Positions 55,563 through 64,000 of a stretch of 64,000 bases of DNA are shown piece after piece. Origin of the DNA: Acidilobaceae archaeon (GTDB lineage: Archaea; Thermoproteota; Thermoprotei_A; Sulfolobales; Acidilobaceae); the NCBI GenBank assembly GCA_038897215.1, contig JAWAWX010000001.1:1056001-1120000 (forward strand), given 5' to 3'. Made by a program: the position numbers and the translations under genes. The stretch's first letter is position 1; each line of letters begins with the position of its first letter. Below the pieces are notes generated by a model that was not told the origin of the DNA, searched no databases, and was given only the letters and a program-made list of their open reading frames with translations.

Positions 55563-55889
55563 GTGGTTAGGAGAAGAGTGGAGACTCTCTCGCTCGTAGG
55601 CTTCCCGAAGATCGTCGACGAGATTAGAATAGGGCCCCCGTATCTCACAAAGTACGAGAAGGCTAGAATAGTGGGTGTGAGAGCTCTCCAGCTATCTTTC
55701 GGAGCTCCTCCACTAGTTCCTCTCGATAAAGTGAAGTCTACAGACCCTGTTGTGATAGCGGAGTACGAGGTAGAAAACGGGATTCTCCCTATCTCCGTCT
55801 TAAGGTATACTAGCACAGGAGAGAGGCAGGCTATACCGCTAAAGCTCCTAGTAGAGCTGGGTAAGAAGTTCTTTGGTAGAGTTGAGTGA
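55563..55889 (+). CDS. rpoK: RNA polymerase subunit K (Rpo6)
   Basis: LTKYEKARIVGVRALQLSFGAPP. Confidence 0.95.
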   Translation: MVRRRVETLSLVGFPKIVDEIRIGPPYLTKYEKARIVGVRALQLSFGAPPLVPLDKVKSTDPVVIAEYEVENGILPISVLRYTSTGERQAIPLKLLVELGKKFFGRVE

Positions 55890-55892
55890 GCG

Positions 55893-56957
55893 TTGAGCAA
55901 CGCTCCCTTCCTGATAGTTGAGGAAGAGTTCGAGATAATCGAGAAGAAGAGTTTCGAGAACAGGCTAGAGATAGTTCTGGGGGAGCCGAAGAAGAGAGAC
56001 TTCAAGAACGCTTTGAGCAAGGTGTACAGAGACCTTATGAGGTCAGGATATTACTCCATGCTTCGCTCAGAAAACCGGGGTCTCGTGCTCTACGTCTTCA
56101 GAGAAGAGTATCGCGGAGAACGCGTGCTTCTCCTCATAGCCCTAGCTCTGATCACGCTTCTCACAGTGACGATCTCGTCTCTGGCTTTCGAGAATCCGGA
56201 ACAGACTCCTCGGGGGTTTTCTTGGAGTATTCTAGCATACCCTCTAGGTCTTCTCGTGCCACTCTTAGTCCACGAGCTCGGCCATCTCTTAGCAATGAGG
56301 GCTAGAAGTGTCCCCTCGAGCCTCCCGTACTTGCTCCCAGCTCCACCCCTCCAGCTCGGGTTTCTTGGAACTTTCGGTGCTGTCGTGAATATGAGATGGC
56401 TACCGGCAACTCTCGAAGACCTAGCTTTCATAGCTCTAGCGGGTCCTCTAGCAGGGCTTCTAGTAGCGCTCCCGCTAGCTTACATTGGCGTAGCGCAATC
56501 AACAGTACTTCAGCCTGGTGAGGTAGTGGAGGGCGCCGAGATCCCCGCTGTCCCCCTCGTCTTCCTCCTGCTCCTAGCTACTCTCGATGTCCCCGAGGGG
56601 TCGGTTATAGTATTGAGCCCCATGGCTTTTGCCACTATGATCTTCCTCTTCGTGACATTCCTCAATCTAATCCCCGTGGGGATGCTTGACGGCGGGCATG
56701 TGGTTAGAGCTCTGCTAGGTGAGAGGCTTCACAGATACGTAGGCCTTACTGTGATAGGGTTAGTGGCTCTCATCGCTATCGCGTACCCCATCTTCTTCGT
56801 GTACCTGCTAGTTCTCATCCTACTGTACACTCTCAGCAGAGGACGGCATCCTGGCTCATCCTACGGGATCGAGATCGAGAGCCACTACTCAAGAGTGATC
56901 GTGGCTCTCGTGTACGCAACACTACTGATCTTGACACTACCCGTCCCAATTGCGTAA
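55893..56957 (+). CDS. M50 site-2 protease
   Basis: HELGH, AGP, NLIPVGMLDGG. Confidence 0.92.
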   Translation: MSNAPFLIVEEEFEIIEKKSFENRLEIVLGEPKKRDFKNALSKVYRDLMRSGYYSMLRSENRGLVLYVFREEYRGERVLLLIALALITLLTVTISSLAFENPEQTPRGFSWSILAYPLGLLVPLLVHELGHLLAMRARSVPSSLPYLLPAPPLQLGFLGTFGAVVNMRWLPATLEDLAFIALAGPLAGLLVALPLAYIGVAQSTVLQPGEVVEGAEIPAVPLVFLLLLATLDVPEGSVIVLSPMAFATMIFLFVTFLNLIPVGMLDGGHVVRALLGERLHRYVGLTVIGLVALIAIAYPIFFVYLLVLILLYTLSRGRHPGSSYGIEIESHYSRVIVALVYATLLILTLPVPIA

Positions 56958-57068
56958 CGAGGTCTTCTTGGAGAGAGGCTAGAGGAGCCGATTTGGCTGC
57001 CGGATATGCTACTCGAAGACTCGGTCTTATAGCTCAGAGGATACACGTTATACTGGAGGTTAAGTGAT

Positions 57069-59156
57069 GTGAGTAAGCTCGCCAAACTACGTCACTGCGA
57101 GCTACCGACTAACTTCATAGCTATAATAGCCGAGAAGCCTAAAGCAGCCCAACGCATAGCCAACGCTATAGGCAAAGCTGACTTATGCGTCTCAGAAGGC
57201 ACTCCCTACTGGATCATTCGGTCCTCAAACACTCCCATAGTCGTTGTTTCAGCAGCGGGGCACCTCTTTGGCCTGTATACTCCGATAAGAGACAAGTACC
57301 CGGTCTACGACTTCGAGTGGAGACCTCTCTGGGTAATAGATGAGAGTTCTAGACACCTCAAGAGATTCTACGACCTTCTAGCCAGAATTCTGCCCAAAGC
57401 GTCACTCTATGTCAGCGCCTGCGATTACGATGTGGAAGGTAGCGTGATATGCTATAAGATCATCGAGGCCTTCGGAGACCCTAGGAGAGCTCGTCGAATG
57501 AAGTTTTCGACGCTGACAGCTACTGAAATCAGAGAGTCGTTTAAGAGACTGCAGCCTCTCGACGTAGAGATGATAGAAGCCGGCTTGGCTAGACATGAGC
57601 TCGACTGGCTCTGGGGGATAAATGTATCGAGAGCGTTGATGGATGCTTTGAGAACGGTAACAGGGTCGAGGAGAGTGCTTAGTGCAGGTCGTGTTCAAAG
57701 CCCGACTCTACTCGAAGCTGCTCGAAGATGGGTAAGCAAGGCTCTCCACGTCCCCAAACCCCACATAGAATTAACGGTGATAGCTGAGACGCGAGATGGA
57801 AGAACGCTTAGCTTTAAGCCGAAGGAGTGGAGTCCAGCTACTCTCAGCGAAGCCAAGTCTATTGCTGTAGAACTCAAAAAGCGGGGCACGTTGCTAGTAG
57901 TCGGCTCGGAGAAGCACGAGAAAGTCTTAGACCCGCCTCCAGCCTTCAATCTAGGCGATCTCCAGCATGAAGCCTACAGGGTCTACGGCTTTTCTCCAAT
58001 GAAGACTCAAAACATAGCCGAAGAGCTGTACCTGAAAGCTCTGATAAGCTACCCGAGAACTAACAGTCAGAAGCTACCAGCTACCATAGACTTCTACCGG
58101 ATAATGAGCGGTCTTAAGTCCAACCCTAAGTACTCGAAGCTCGTGACGACTCTGCTATCGGAGAGCAGAGGGGTCCTGAAGCCTGTACAGGGTAGAGAGG
58201 AGGATCCGGCGCACCCAGCTATACACCCTACTGGGGAATCTCCAGTAAAGCTTTCTCGCGACCAAGAACTCATCTACGACCTCATAGTTAGAAGATTTCT
58301 AGCAGCTTTCGCCAAACCAGCAGTCTTAAACTATGTGTGGGTCGTAGCTAGAGACTACTCGCGTAGACTCTACGTAGCTCACGGTATCGAGGTAGCTGAG
58401 AAAGGCTGGCTTAAATACTACCACTTCAGCGAGCCTCAAGAACACCTAGTGCCTTCCTTGAGGAGCGGCGATGAGCTAAGAGTAGCTAGTGTCAGAGTAG
58501 GGGTTAGGTGGAGTAGCTCGCCCATAGCCATCACTAAAGACTCTCTCCTCAGATGGATGGAGAGCGTCGGGCTCGGGACGGAGTCGACTAGAGCTAGGAT
58601 AATAGAGACGCTCTACGAGAGAGAATACATTGTATCTCGAGGCAAGACAGCTGTCGTCTCAGACCTAGGTCTCACTATCGCGTCGATCCTAGACGAGTAC
58701 GTCCCTGAACTCACATCCCCCGACCTCACTAGGCGTTTCGAGAGACTACTCGAGGATATAAGGTATGGGAGAACCTCTAGGCTTCAAGTCATCAAGGAAG
58801 CCATAGCGTCGCTCAACGTTATCCTAGAGAAGATCTCGAGAAACAAGGCGGCCATAGGCTTCCAGATAGCTCAAGGAGTTGAGCTAGCGAAGCCTAGCGA
58901 GAAATGCAGTATCTGCGATAGGCAAGCCTCGAGGACGATGGGTGAAGTGAAGCTCTGCAGATACCACGAGATGAGCGTAGATGAGCTTAAGAAAGCCATA
59001 CCAGAGATAGCACGAAAACTCGACACTACATGCAGGAAAGCGTTGGAAACCGTGGCTGGCAAGAGAGCCACGGGCGTCTGGGTAGCTGAGACAGCCAGGT
59101 TTGCTCTAAGAGACTCCAGACTCCTCGACTTGATCACCTCTCTCTGCCGCGAGTAG
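57069..59156 (+). CDS. topA: type IA DNA topoisomerase
   Basis: IAEKP, DYDVEG, SAGRVQ, ISYPRT, AHPAIHPT. Confidence 0.96.
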   Translation: MSKLAKLRHCELPTNFIAIIAEKPKAAQRIANAIGKADLCVSEGTPYWIIRSSNTPIVVVSAAGHLFGLYTPIRDKYPVYDFEWRPLWVIDESSRHLKRFYDLLARILPKASLYVSACDYDVEGSVICYKIIEAFGDPRRARRMKFSTLTATEIRESFKRLQPLDVEMIEAGLARHELDWLWGINVSRALMDALRTVTGSRRVLSAGRVQSPTLLEAARRWVSKALHVPKPHIELTVIAETRDGRTLSFKPKEWSPATLSEAKSIAVELKKRGTLLVVGSEKHEKVLDPPPAFNLGDLQHEAYRVYGFSPMKTQNIAEELYLKALISYPRTNSQKLPATIDFYRIMSGLKSNPKYSKLVTTLLSESRGVLKPVQGREEDPAHPAIHPTGESPVKLSRDQELIYDLIVRRFLAAFAKPAVLNYVWVVARDYSRRLYVAHGIEVAEKGWLKYYHFSEPQEHLVPSLRSGDELRVASVRVGVRWSSSPIAITKDSLLRWMESVGLGTESTRARIIETLYEREYIVSRGKTAVVSDLGLTIASILDEYVPELTSPDLTRRFERLLEDIRYGRTSRLQVIKEAIASLNVILEKISRNKAAIGFQIAQGVELAKPSEKCSICDRQASRTMGEVKLCRYHEMSVDELKKAIPEIARKLDTTCRKALETVAGKRATGVWVAETARFALRDSRLLDLITSLCRE

Positions 59157-59222
59157 CTACGAGGCCTGCTCGCCAGGGGGCAGGGGAGCGATTTTGAAAC
59201 TTAACTCCTCCAGCTAATCTAC

Positions 59223-60377
59223 GTGTATCTGAGAGGGTGCGGCGAATTAGGCTTCTGTAGAGTTTGCGGAAAGCGAGACAAGCTCGTCAGCTCTTCTCTG
59301 AGCATCTGCTACACCTGTCTAGCTAGAGACACGAAGCCACCAGCTTTCGTTCACGATATGAGAAGAGCTTGGAGGCACAAGCTAGGCCTGGGCGAAGACG
59401 CTCCTAGAGACTCGGCTAGCAAGCCTTGCCCCATATGCGTCAACGAGTGCAGAATAGGGGTTGGAGAGAGGGGGTTCTGCGGAGTCTGGGTGAACAGGTC
59501 TGGAAGGCTCGAGTACATCGTAGAGAGGGGAGTCTTAGCGGAAACCTACTACGACCCGCACCCCACGAACTGCGTGGCTGCCCCCATATGCCCGGCTACG
59601 ACGCGGCGAGGCTTCCCCGACTATACTCCCACAGAAGGGCTGGAGTACGGCTACTACAACCTGGCGGTCTTCATGGGTGGTTGCTCTCTCGACTGCTTGT
59701 TCTGCCAGAACTGGTCTCACCGCGTGCTAGCTTCTAGAGCTTCCCGTGTTAAAGACTACGAGAGTCTAGTGTTGGAAGCTCTAGACCCTAGAGTCACGTG
59801 TGTGTGCTACTTCGGCGGCGACCCAGTCCCCCACCTGCCTCTCCTCATCAGAGTCTCTAAGGAGATACTAGACAAGTCTAGAGACAGAGGGCAGAGATAC
59901 AAGAGGATATGCTGGGAGACAAACGGCTTGATGAACCCGGTCTTAGCTAGAGAGATGTCTATATTGAGTCTGAAGAGTGGGGGGATCGTTAAGATCGACT
60001 GGAAAGCGTGGACCCCCTCTGTCTACGAGGCCCTAACCGGGGTCGATGGGGAGAGAGCTCTCACAAGACTCAAGGAGAACGCTAAGCTAATAGCGAGCAT
60101 CGGGAGGGAGAGACCAGAGCCCCCCCTCTTAGTCGTGAGTGTTCTACTAGTCCCCGGCTACGTCACGCCCGAAGAGGTTTCACGTATAGCAGAGTACATA
60201 GCGAGTCTCGATGACAGAATCCCCATGGTTCTCCTCGCTTTCCACCCAGACTACATAATGACGGACCTTCCCCCCACGAGCTCAAGGCATGTAGAGGAAG
60301 CAGTTAGAGAAGCGAGGAGAGTGGGAATAAAGGAGATCTATGTAGGCAACGAGTGGCTTCTAGGAGACTATTACTGA
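59223..60377 (+). CDS. PflA-like radical SAM protein
   Basis: N-terminal Cys clusters; GCSLDCLFCQN; CWETNG. Confidence 0.88.
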   Translation: MYLRGCGELGFCRVCGKRDKLVSSSLSICYTCLARDTKPPAFVHDMRRAWRHKLGLGEDAPRDSASKPCPICVNECRIGVGERGFCGVWVNRSGRLEYIVERGVLAETYYDPHPTNCVAAPICPATTRRGFPDYTPTEGLEYGYYNLAVFMGGCSLDCLFCQNWSHRVLASRASRVKDYESLVLEALDPRVTCVCYFGGDPVPHLPLLIRVSKEILDKSRDRGQRYKRICWETNGLMNPVLAREMSILSLKSGGIVKIDWKAWTPSVYEALTGVDGERALTRLKENAKLIASIGRERPEPPLLVVSVLLVPGYVTPEEVSRIAEYIASLDDRIPMVLLAFHPDYIMTDLPPTSSRHVEEAVREARRVGIKEIYVGNEWLLGDYY

Positions 60378-60451
60378 GAACAATCCTAGCTTCAAAACCT
60401 GCTAAAGACTTTTTTGAGATTAATATTAATGGAGACTATTGCGGATACTTG

Positions 60452-60510
60452 GTCGGATGATGAGCTTTCGGTCGCGCAGAGTGGTGACGAAATTTCCTCC
60501 CTCTGACTCT
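60452..60510 (+). ncRNA. C/D box guide sRNA
   Basis: C ATGATGA (60457), guide GCTTTCGGTCGCG, D' CAGA, C' GTGACGA, guide AATTTCCTCCCT, D CTGA (60503). Confidence 0.85.
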
Positions 60511-60554
60511 AACCATAGAGAAAGATGGGAGCTAGCACTGCTGGTAGCTGACTG

Positions 60555-61100
60555 CTAAAACTTGACCCATCTAAGTATCAGATAGTAAAGCAGTTTCTCC
60601 TTAGACGCTATTGCTAGCGTGAGAGTCTTTCTAGCGCTATGACTTACTCTCTGAGCCTTAACTATATCCAGAGGGCTTATCTCCTCGTCTGCTTCATACG
60701 CGTTCACGACAAATGGAGCGTGCTCGAGACCCGGGCCTATTCTGTAGACTGTGAAGTCTCCTCCGTACCTCAGCCCCGAGCGGACTATGAGGCCCGCGTC
60801 TCTCAGAGACTTGTAGATGGTGTACTCAGCAGCAGACTTCTTGTCCTTTAGTAGAGTGAGCTTGAGAGTCTCAACATTCAACGGCCTCCCCTCAAGGTCT
60901 TTGAGACATATGGCCCCCTTTTCTGCCAAGTAGAGAGTCTCGTAGACGCTCAGCCTGAGGGGCGTCTCGAAGCTCGCATCTTTAGGCTTCTCGACTCCTA
61001 TGGGTAGCCCGTAGAATCCTCTGGAGAAGAGAGACCTAGCTTTCTCCACGTCGAGGATTAGAGCGGAGTCTTCTAGAAGAAGAGCGTCAACGCATTCCAA
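60555..61100 (-). CDS. endA: tRNA-splicing endonuclease catalytic subunit
   Basis: GLRYGGDF..Y..GPGLEHAP, RVSHSARK; crenarchaeal loop GVEKPK. Confidence 0.92.
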   Translation of the reverse strand: MECVDALLLEDSALILDVEKARSLFSRGFYGLPIGVEKPKDASFETPLRLSVYETLYLAEKGAICLKDLEGRPLNVETLKLTLLKDKKSAAEYTIYKSLRDAGLIVRSGLRYGGDFTVYRIGPGLEHAPFVVNAYEADEEISPLDIVKAQRVSHSARKTLTLAIASKEKLLYYLILRWVKF

Positions 61101-61929
61101 CTCGAGTCACCACCCCGCCGAGTCTGCGAGCTAGATCTAGGTCCAGCGACGCGATCACGCCGCTGAGACTAACTACTCTATCGAGAGGCGAGTCCAAGGG
61201 CTCTCCTTTTAGCGTATACGCTTCTCCCCCAGCTTCTCTGAGGAAGCCTAGCGCAGCAGCTACATCAACATTCCTCAGCCTCTCCCTCAAGTCTGCGAAG
61301 ACGGCGAATCTGCCTAATGCCGTGTAGCAGAGTTCTAGCGCTGCACTACCCAAACCTCGAACCTTGACTGCTCCAAGGTGGCTCCTGATAGCGCTTAAGA
61401 GGTTCACAGCTACCTCTGGTTTATCCTCATCCAAATAGACTACTACCGTTCTGCTCTGTCTCTGGTCTCCTCTAATCACACTCCTAGAGTCCACTCTCCT
61501 TCCCCCGTAGAAGCAGCCTTTGCCGATAGCAAAAGAGAAGGGCTCGAGTTCGAAAACAGGCACGACAGCTCCAGCTACAACGTCTCTCAGTTTCTCCCCA
61601 TAGGTGAAAGCTATCGATACTGAAGCCCAGGGGATGCAGAGAGCGTAGTTATTGCTTCCATCCAGCGGGTCTATTACCGCTCTAAGCCCTCCACCCCCAT
61701 TAACCTCGAAGAAGCCTCTCTCCTCAGAAACTCCTACTAGCCTAAGACCCTCATATCTTAACGCATCGATGATGTACTCCTCGCTGACTTTATCGGCTAC
61801 TATGGTCTCCCCCTGGACTCTAGCTGAGTACGAGTCGATACACGCGTGATCTCTCAAGAGAGCAGCTGCTTCGCTAGCGACTCTTACAGCTATTCTACGT
61901 AAATCCTCGGGCTCTAAGCTATCTCTCAC
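61087..61929 (-). CDS. inositol monophosphatase/FBPase family
   Basis: SEE, IDPLDGSNN, GSAALE, DVAA. Confidence 0.9.
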   Translation of the reverse strand: MRDSLEPEDLRRIAVRVASEAAALLRDHACIDSYSARVQGETIVADKVSEEYIIDALRYEGLRLVGVSEERGFFEVNGGGGLRAVIDPLDGSNNYALCIPWASVSIAFTYGEKLRDVVAGAVVPVFELEPFSFAIGKGCFYGGRRVDSRSVIRGDQRQSRTVVVYLDEDKPEVAVNLLSAIRSHLGAVKVRGLGSAALELCYTALGRFAVFADLRERLRNVDVAAALGFLREAGGEAYTLKGEPLDSPLDRVVSLSGVIASLDLDLARRLGGVVTRVGMR

Positions 61930-62045
61930 TGAGAGCGCCCAGAGTAGGTCCTCTTTACTCTCGAGAGCTATTAGATTGCATCAGCATCAGTCTAGATTAA
62001 AGATTAAAGAATCTTGAGTCTTGTTGGTGACAGAGTGGGAGCATT

Positions 62046-62534
62046 ATGGGGGATACGAGTAGAAGAGTGTGGATAAAACGCCACCTTATCGATATAATCC
62101 TCGTTCTTCTAGTAGTCTCGTATCTAGTCTTGAGGCTGAGTGGTGGAGGACTAGCAGTCGTTAGTGGGAGAAGCATGGAGCCTACTCTACACACAGGAGA
62201 TGTAGTAATTTATGTGAAGAAAGACCCTGCCGAGCTGAAGGAAGGCGATGTCGTAATATTTGTCTCAAACAGAGGCCTAGTAATACATAGAGTTGTAGAG
62301 AAATACGAGGTAGGCTCTCGCATATGCTTCATCATCCAAGGAGATAATAACCCGGTGCCAGACATCGGAGACCCGCAGCTCTGCCCACCACTCGCGAGTG
62401 TGCCAGGATATGAGAGAAGCCCGGGTATCCCCGAGGAGTGGATAGTGGGGAAGGTCGTAGACGTGAATGGCTATGTGATTAAGATACCGTATATAGGTAT
62501 TGTAGCTCTAGCGATCCACAATATCTTCAGATAA
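62046..62534 (+). CDS. signal peptidase I (Sec11-type)
   Basis: [22 protein letters not shown]. Confidence 0.92.
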   Translation: MGDTSRRVWIKRHLIDIILVLLVVSYLVLRLSGGGLAVVSGRSMEPTLHTGDVVIYVKKDPAELKEGDVVIFVSNRGLVIHRVVEKYEVGSRICFIIQGDNNPVPDIGDPQLCPPLASVPGYERSPGIPEEWIVGKVVDVNGYVIKIPYIGIVALAIHNIFR

Positions 62535-62542
62535 GGTGGGGA

Positions 62543-63112
62543 TTGTTGAGAGTCTCGGTGGCTCTAACAGGAGCTAGTGGAGTGAGAGTAGCCTTAAGGC
62601 TCATTCAATACATGAGCTCTCTAGGGATAGACGTATATGGCATAATAGTAACGAAGGCGGCTAAAGCTGTGGCAGCAGCGGAGGAGGGGTTGAGTGAGAG
62701 CGAGCTAGTCAGGATTCTGGAGAGCTATGCTCGAGTATACGATAATAGAGACTACAGCTCCCCTCTAGCTAGTTCTTCTAACCAGCCAGACGCTATGGTG
62801 ATAGTCCCAGCTAGCATGAAAACCATAGGACTCATATCCAACGGTATCCCAGCAGGGCTCGTTAGCAGAGCTGCTCTAGCGATCCTCAGGCTGAGACGCA
62901 AGCTAGTAGTAGCTCCTAGAGAGTCCCCTCTCGGTGTTTCAGAGCTCCGGAATCTCTACAGGCTAGCTCTCAGCGGTGCAATCATAGTGCCTCTCACTCT
63001 AGCATTCTACAGCCGGCCCAAGACTGTAGACGATATCGTTGACTTCAACGTTGGGAAGATACTAGATGTTCTAGGAGTAAAGCATAATCTGTACAAGAGG
63101 TGGGGTTCATAA
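62543..63112 (+). CDS. ubiX: flavin prenyltransferase
   Basis: TGASG, ASSS, PASMKT, PRESP, AFYSRP. Confidence 0.92.
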   Translation: MLRVSVALTGASGVRVALRLIQYMSSLGIDVYGIIVTKAAKAVAAAEEGLSESELVRILESYARVYDNRDYSSPLASSSNQPDAMVIVPASMKTIGLISNGIPAGLVSRAALAILRLRRKLVVAPRESPLGVSELRNLYRLALSGAIIVPLTLAFYSRPKTVDDIVDFNVGKILDVLGVKHNLYKRWGS

Positions 63113-63154
63113 GCTTTAAAACTCTGTGCTAGAAGCCTCGAGGAAGGGTAGCAC

Positions 63155-63560
63155 GATGACGATATACCAGGGGAGAGACTTCAAGAAGCCTACTGGAGGA
63201 TACAAGAGTAGACCCTATAAGGTGAAGAGGTGGGCTCTTAGGGGTGGAGAAGCTACGCTCACCACTCTAGGTCAAGCTAGTGAAGTGAAGATAGTTAAGG
63301 GCAGAGGGAATACCATCAAGTTGAAGCTTGTGACAGCATCTCATGCCGTAGTCTCTGACCCCAAGACGGGTTTGTCGAAGAAGGCTAGAATACTTGGCGT
63401 CGTAGAGACGCCGGCTAATAGGGAGTACGCGAGGAGAGGGATTATAGTCAAGGGCTCGATCATAATGACTGAGCTCGGGAAGGCAGTAGTCACCTCGAGG
63501 CCTAGTCAGGACGGTGTTGTTAACGCTGTGCTAGTAGAGCCAGCAGGGTCTGCTAAGTGA
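63155..63560 (+). CDS. rps8e: 30S ribosomal protein S8e
   Basis: MTIYQGRDFKKPTGG...VTSRPSQDGVVNAVL. Confidence 0.95.
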
Positions 63561-63838
63561 GCAGAATCGTGATCTGGCCTGTTTACATCGATTGCGGCAC
63601 AGAGAGAAGGTTGGGTAGAAGGCTCTCTAGAGAACTCTGCGTCAAGAAGCCAACAGTCGCAGAGATTGTAGTAGCGGCTGAGAAGCTGGGGCTCAAGCCT
63701 GAGGTAGTCAAGAAGAGCTATCCTAGACTCTGGTGGGTCTATAGAGACGCAGTCGTAGTCGATAAGATGGGTAGCAAGAGAGAGACTTTGAAAGCCATAG
63801 CTAGGAAGATACAAGAGCTTAGGAGACAGCACGCCTAG
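63557..63838 (+). CDS. srp19: signal recognition particle protein SRP19
   Basis: IWPVYID..GRR..KSYPR. Confidence 0.93.
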   Translation: MSRIVIWPVYIDCGTERRLGRRLSRELCVKKPTVAEIVVAAEKLGLKPEVVKKSYPRLWWVYRDAVVVDKMGSKRETLKAIARKIQELRRQHA

Positions 63839-64000
63839 ACTTGAGCTCTCTAAGAATAGGGATAGACTCGAGCTTCTCCTCATCCAATAGCTCCCACAAG
63901 ACCCCGGGGGGTCTTGGGCCTCTCTCCCGTACTCTGATCACTCTGGTTGGCGTGCAGATCAAGTCTATCGGGACATCGTATACCTCTTGGGGGATTCGGG
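63819..64000 (-). CDS. 5-formyl-THF cyclo-ligase-like (MTHFSD/COG0212) C-terminal fragment
   Basis: YDVPIDLICTPTRVIRV...PPGVLWELL...IPILREL; 5' part outside window. Confidence 0.75.
   Translation of the reverse strand, partial: RIPQEVYDVPIDLICTPTRVIRVRERGPRPPGVLWELLDEEKLESIPILRELKSRRAVS

Noticed and set aside
34047-56020. Long antisense ORFs such as 34047-34541, 39472-39936 and 55508-56020
   Set aside because: Ser/Leu/Thr-rich shadows opposite well-supported genes.

Overview
Gene-dense core-chromosome segment of a (hyper)thermophilic crenarchaeon (Thermoproteota). Cren7, ESCRT-III/Vps4, a solitary 5S rRNA and an ORB origin without an adjacent orc1/cdc6 suggest a Desulfurococcales/Acidilobales (Aeropyrum-like) lineage. 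It carries translation and transcription genes (aIF5A, gatCAB, rpoL, TFS, rpoK, tiaS, cca, endA, rps8e, srp19), cofactor genes (panE/B, thiC, thiDN, nadACX, pncB, arfC, moaD-E, ubiX), an upper-mevalonate operon, topA, three tRNAs, 5S rRNA and a C/D sRNA. I found no CRISPR array, transposase or integrase. Most notable: (1) a replication origin (4 ORBs plus an AT-rich core) between tiaS and rpiA; (2) four copies of a quasi-palindromic TWAAC-CGGGGR-GTTWR motif within 4.6 kb of that origin, two of them bracketing origin+rpiA as an inverted pair, resembling the Sulfolobus conjugative-plasmid recombination motif or a dif/parS-like site; (3) a mevalonate operon with intact HMG-CoA synthase, a cysteine-free thiolase and a full-length HMG-CoA reductase pseudoenzyme; (4) an unannotated 53-aa poly-Glu/FW microprotein with its own TATA box and RBS; (5) several genes that appear to start at CTG/ATA. 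All family calls come from motif recognition by eye, not database searches.
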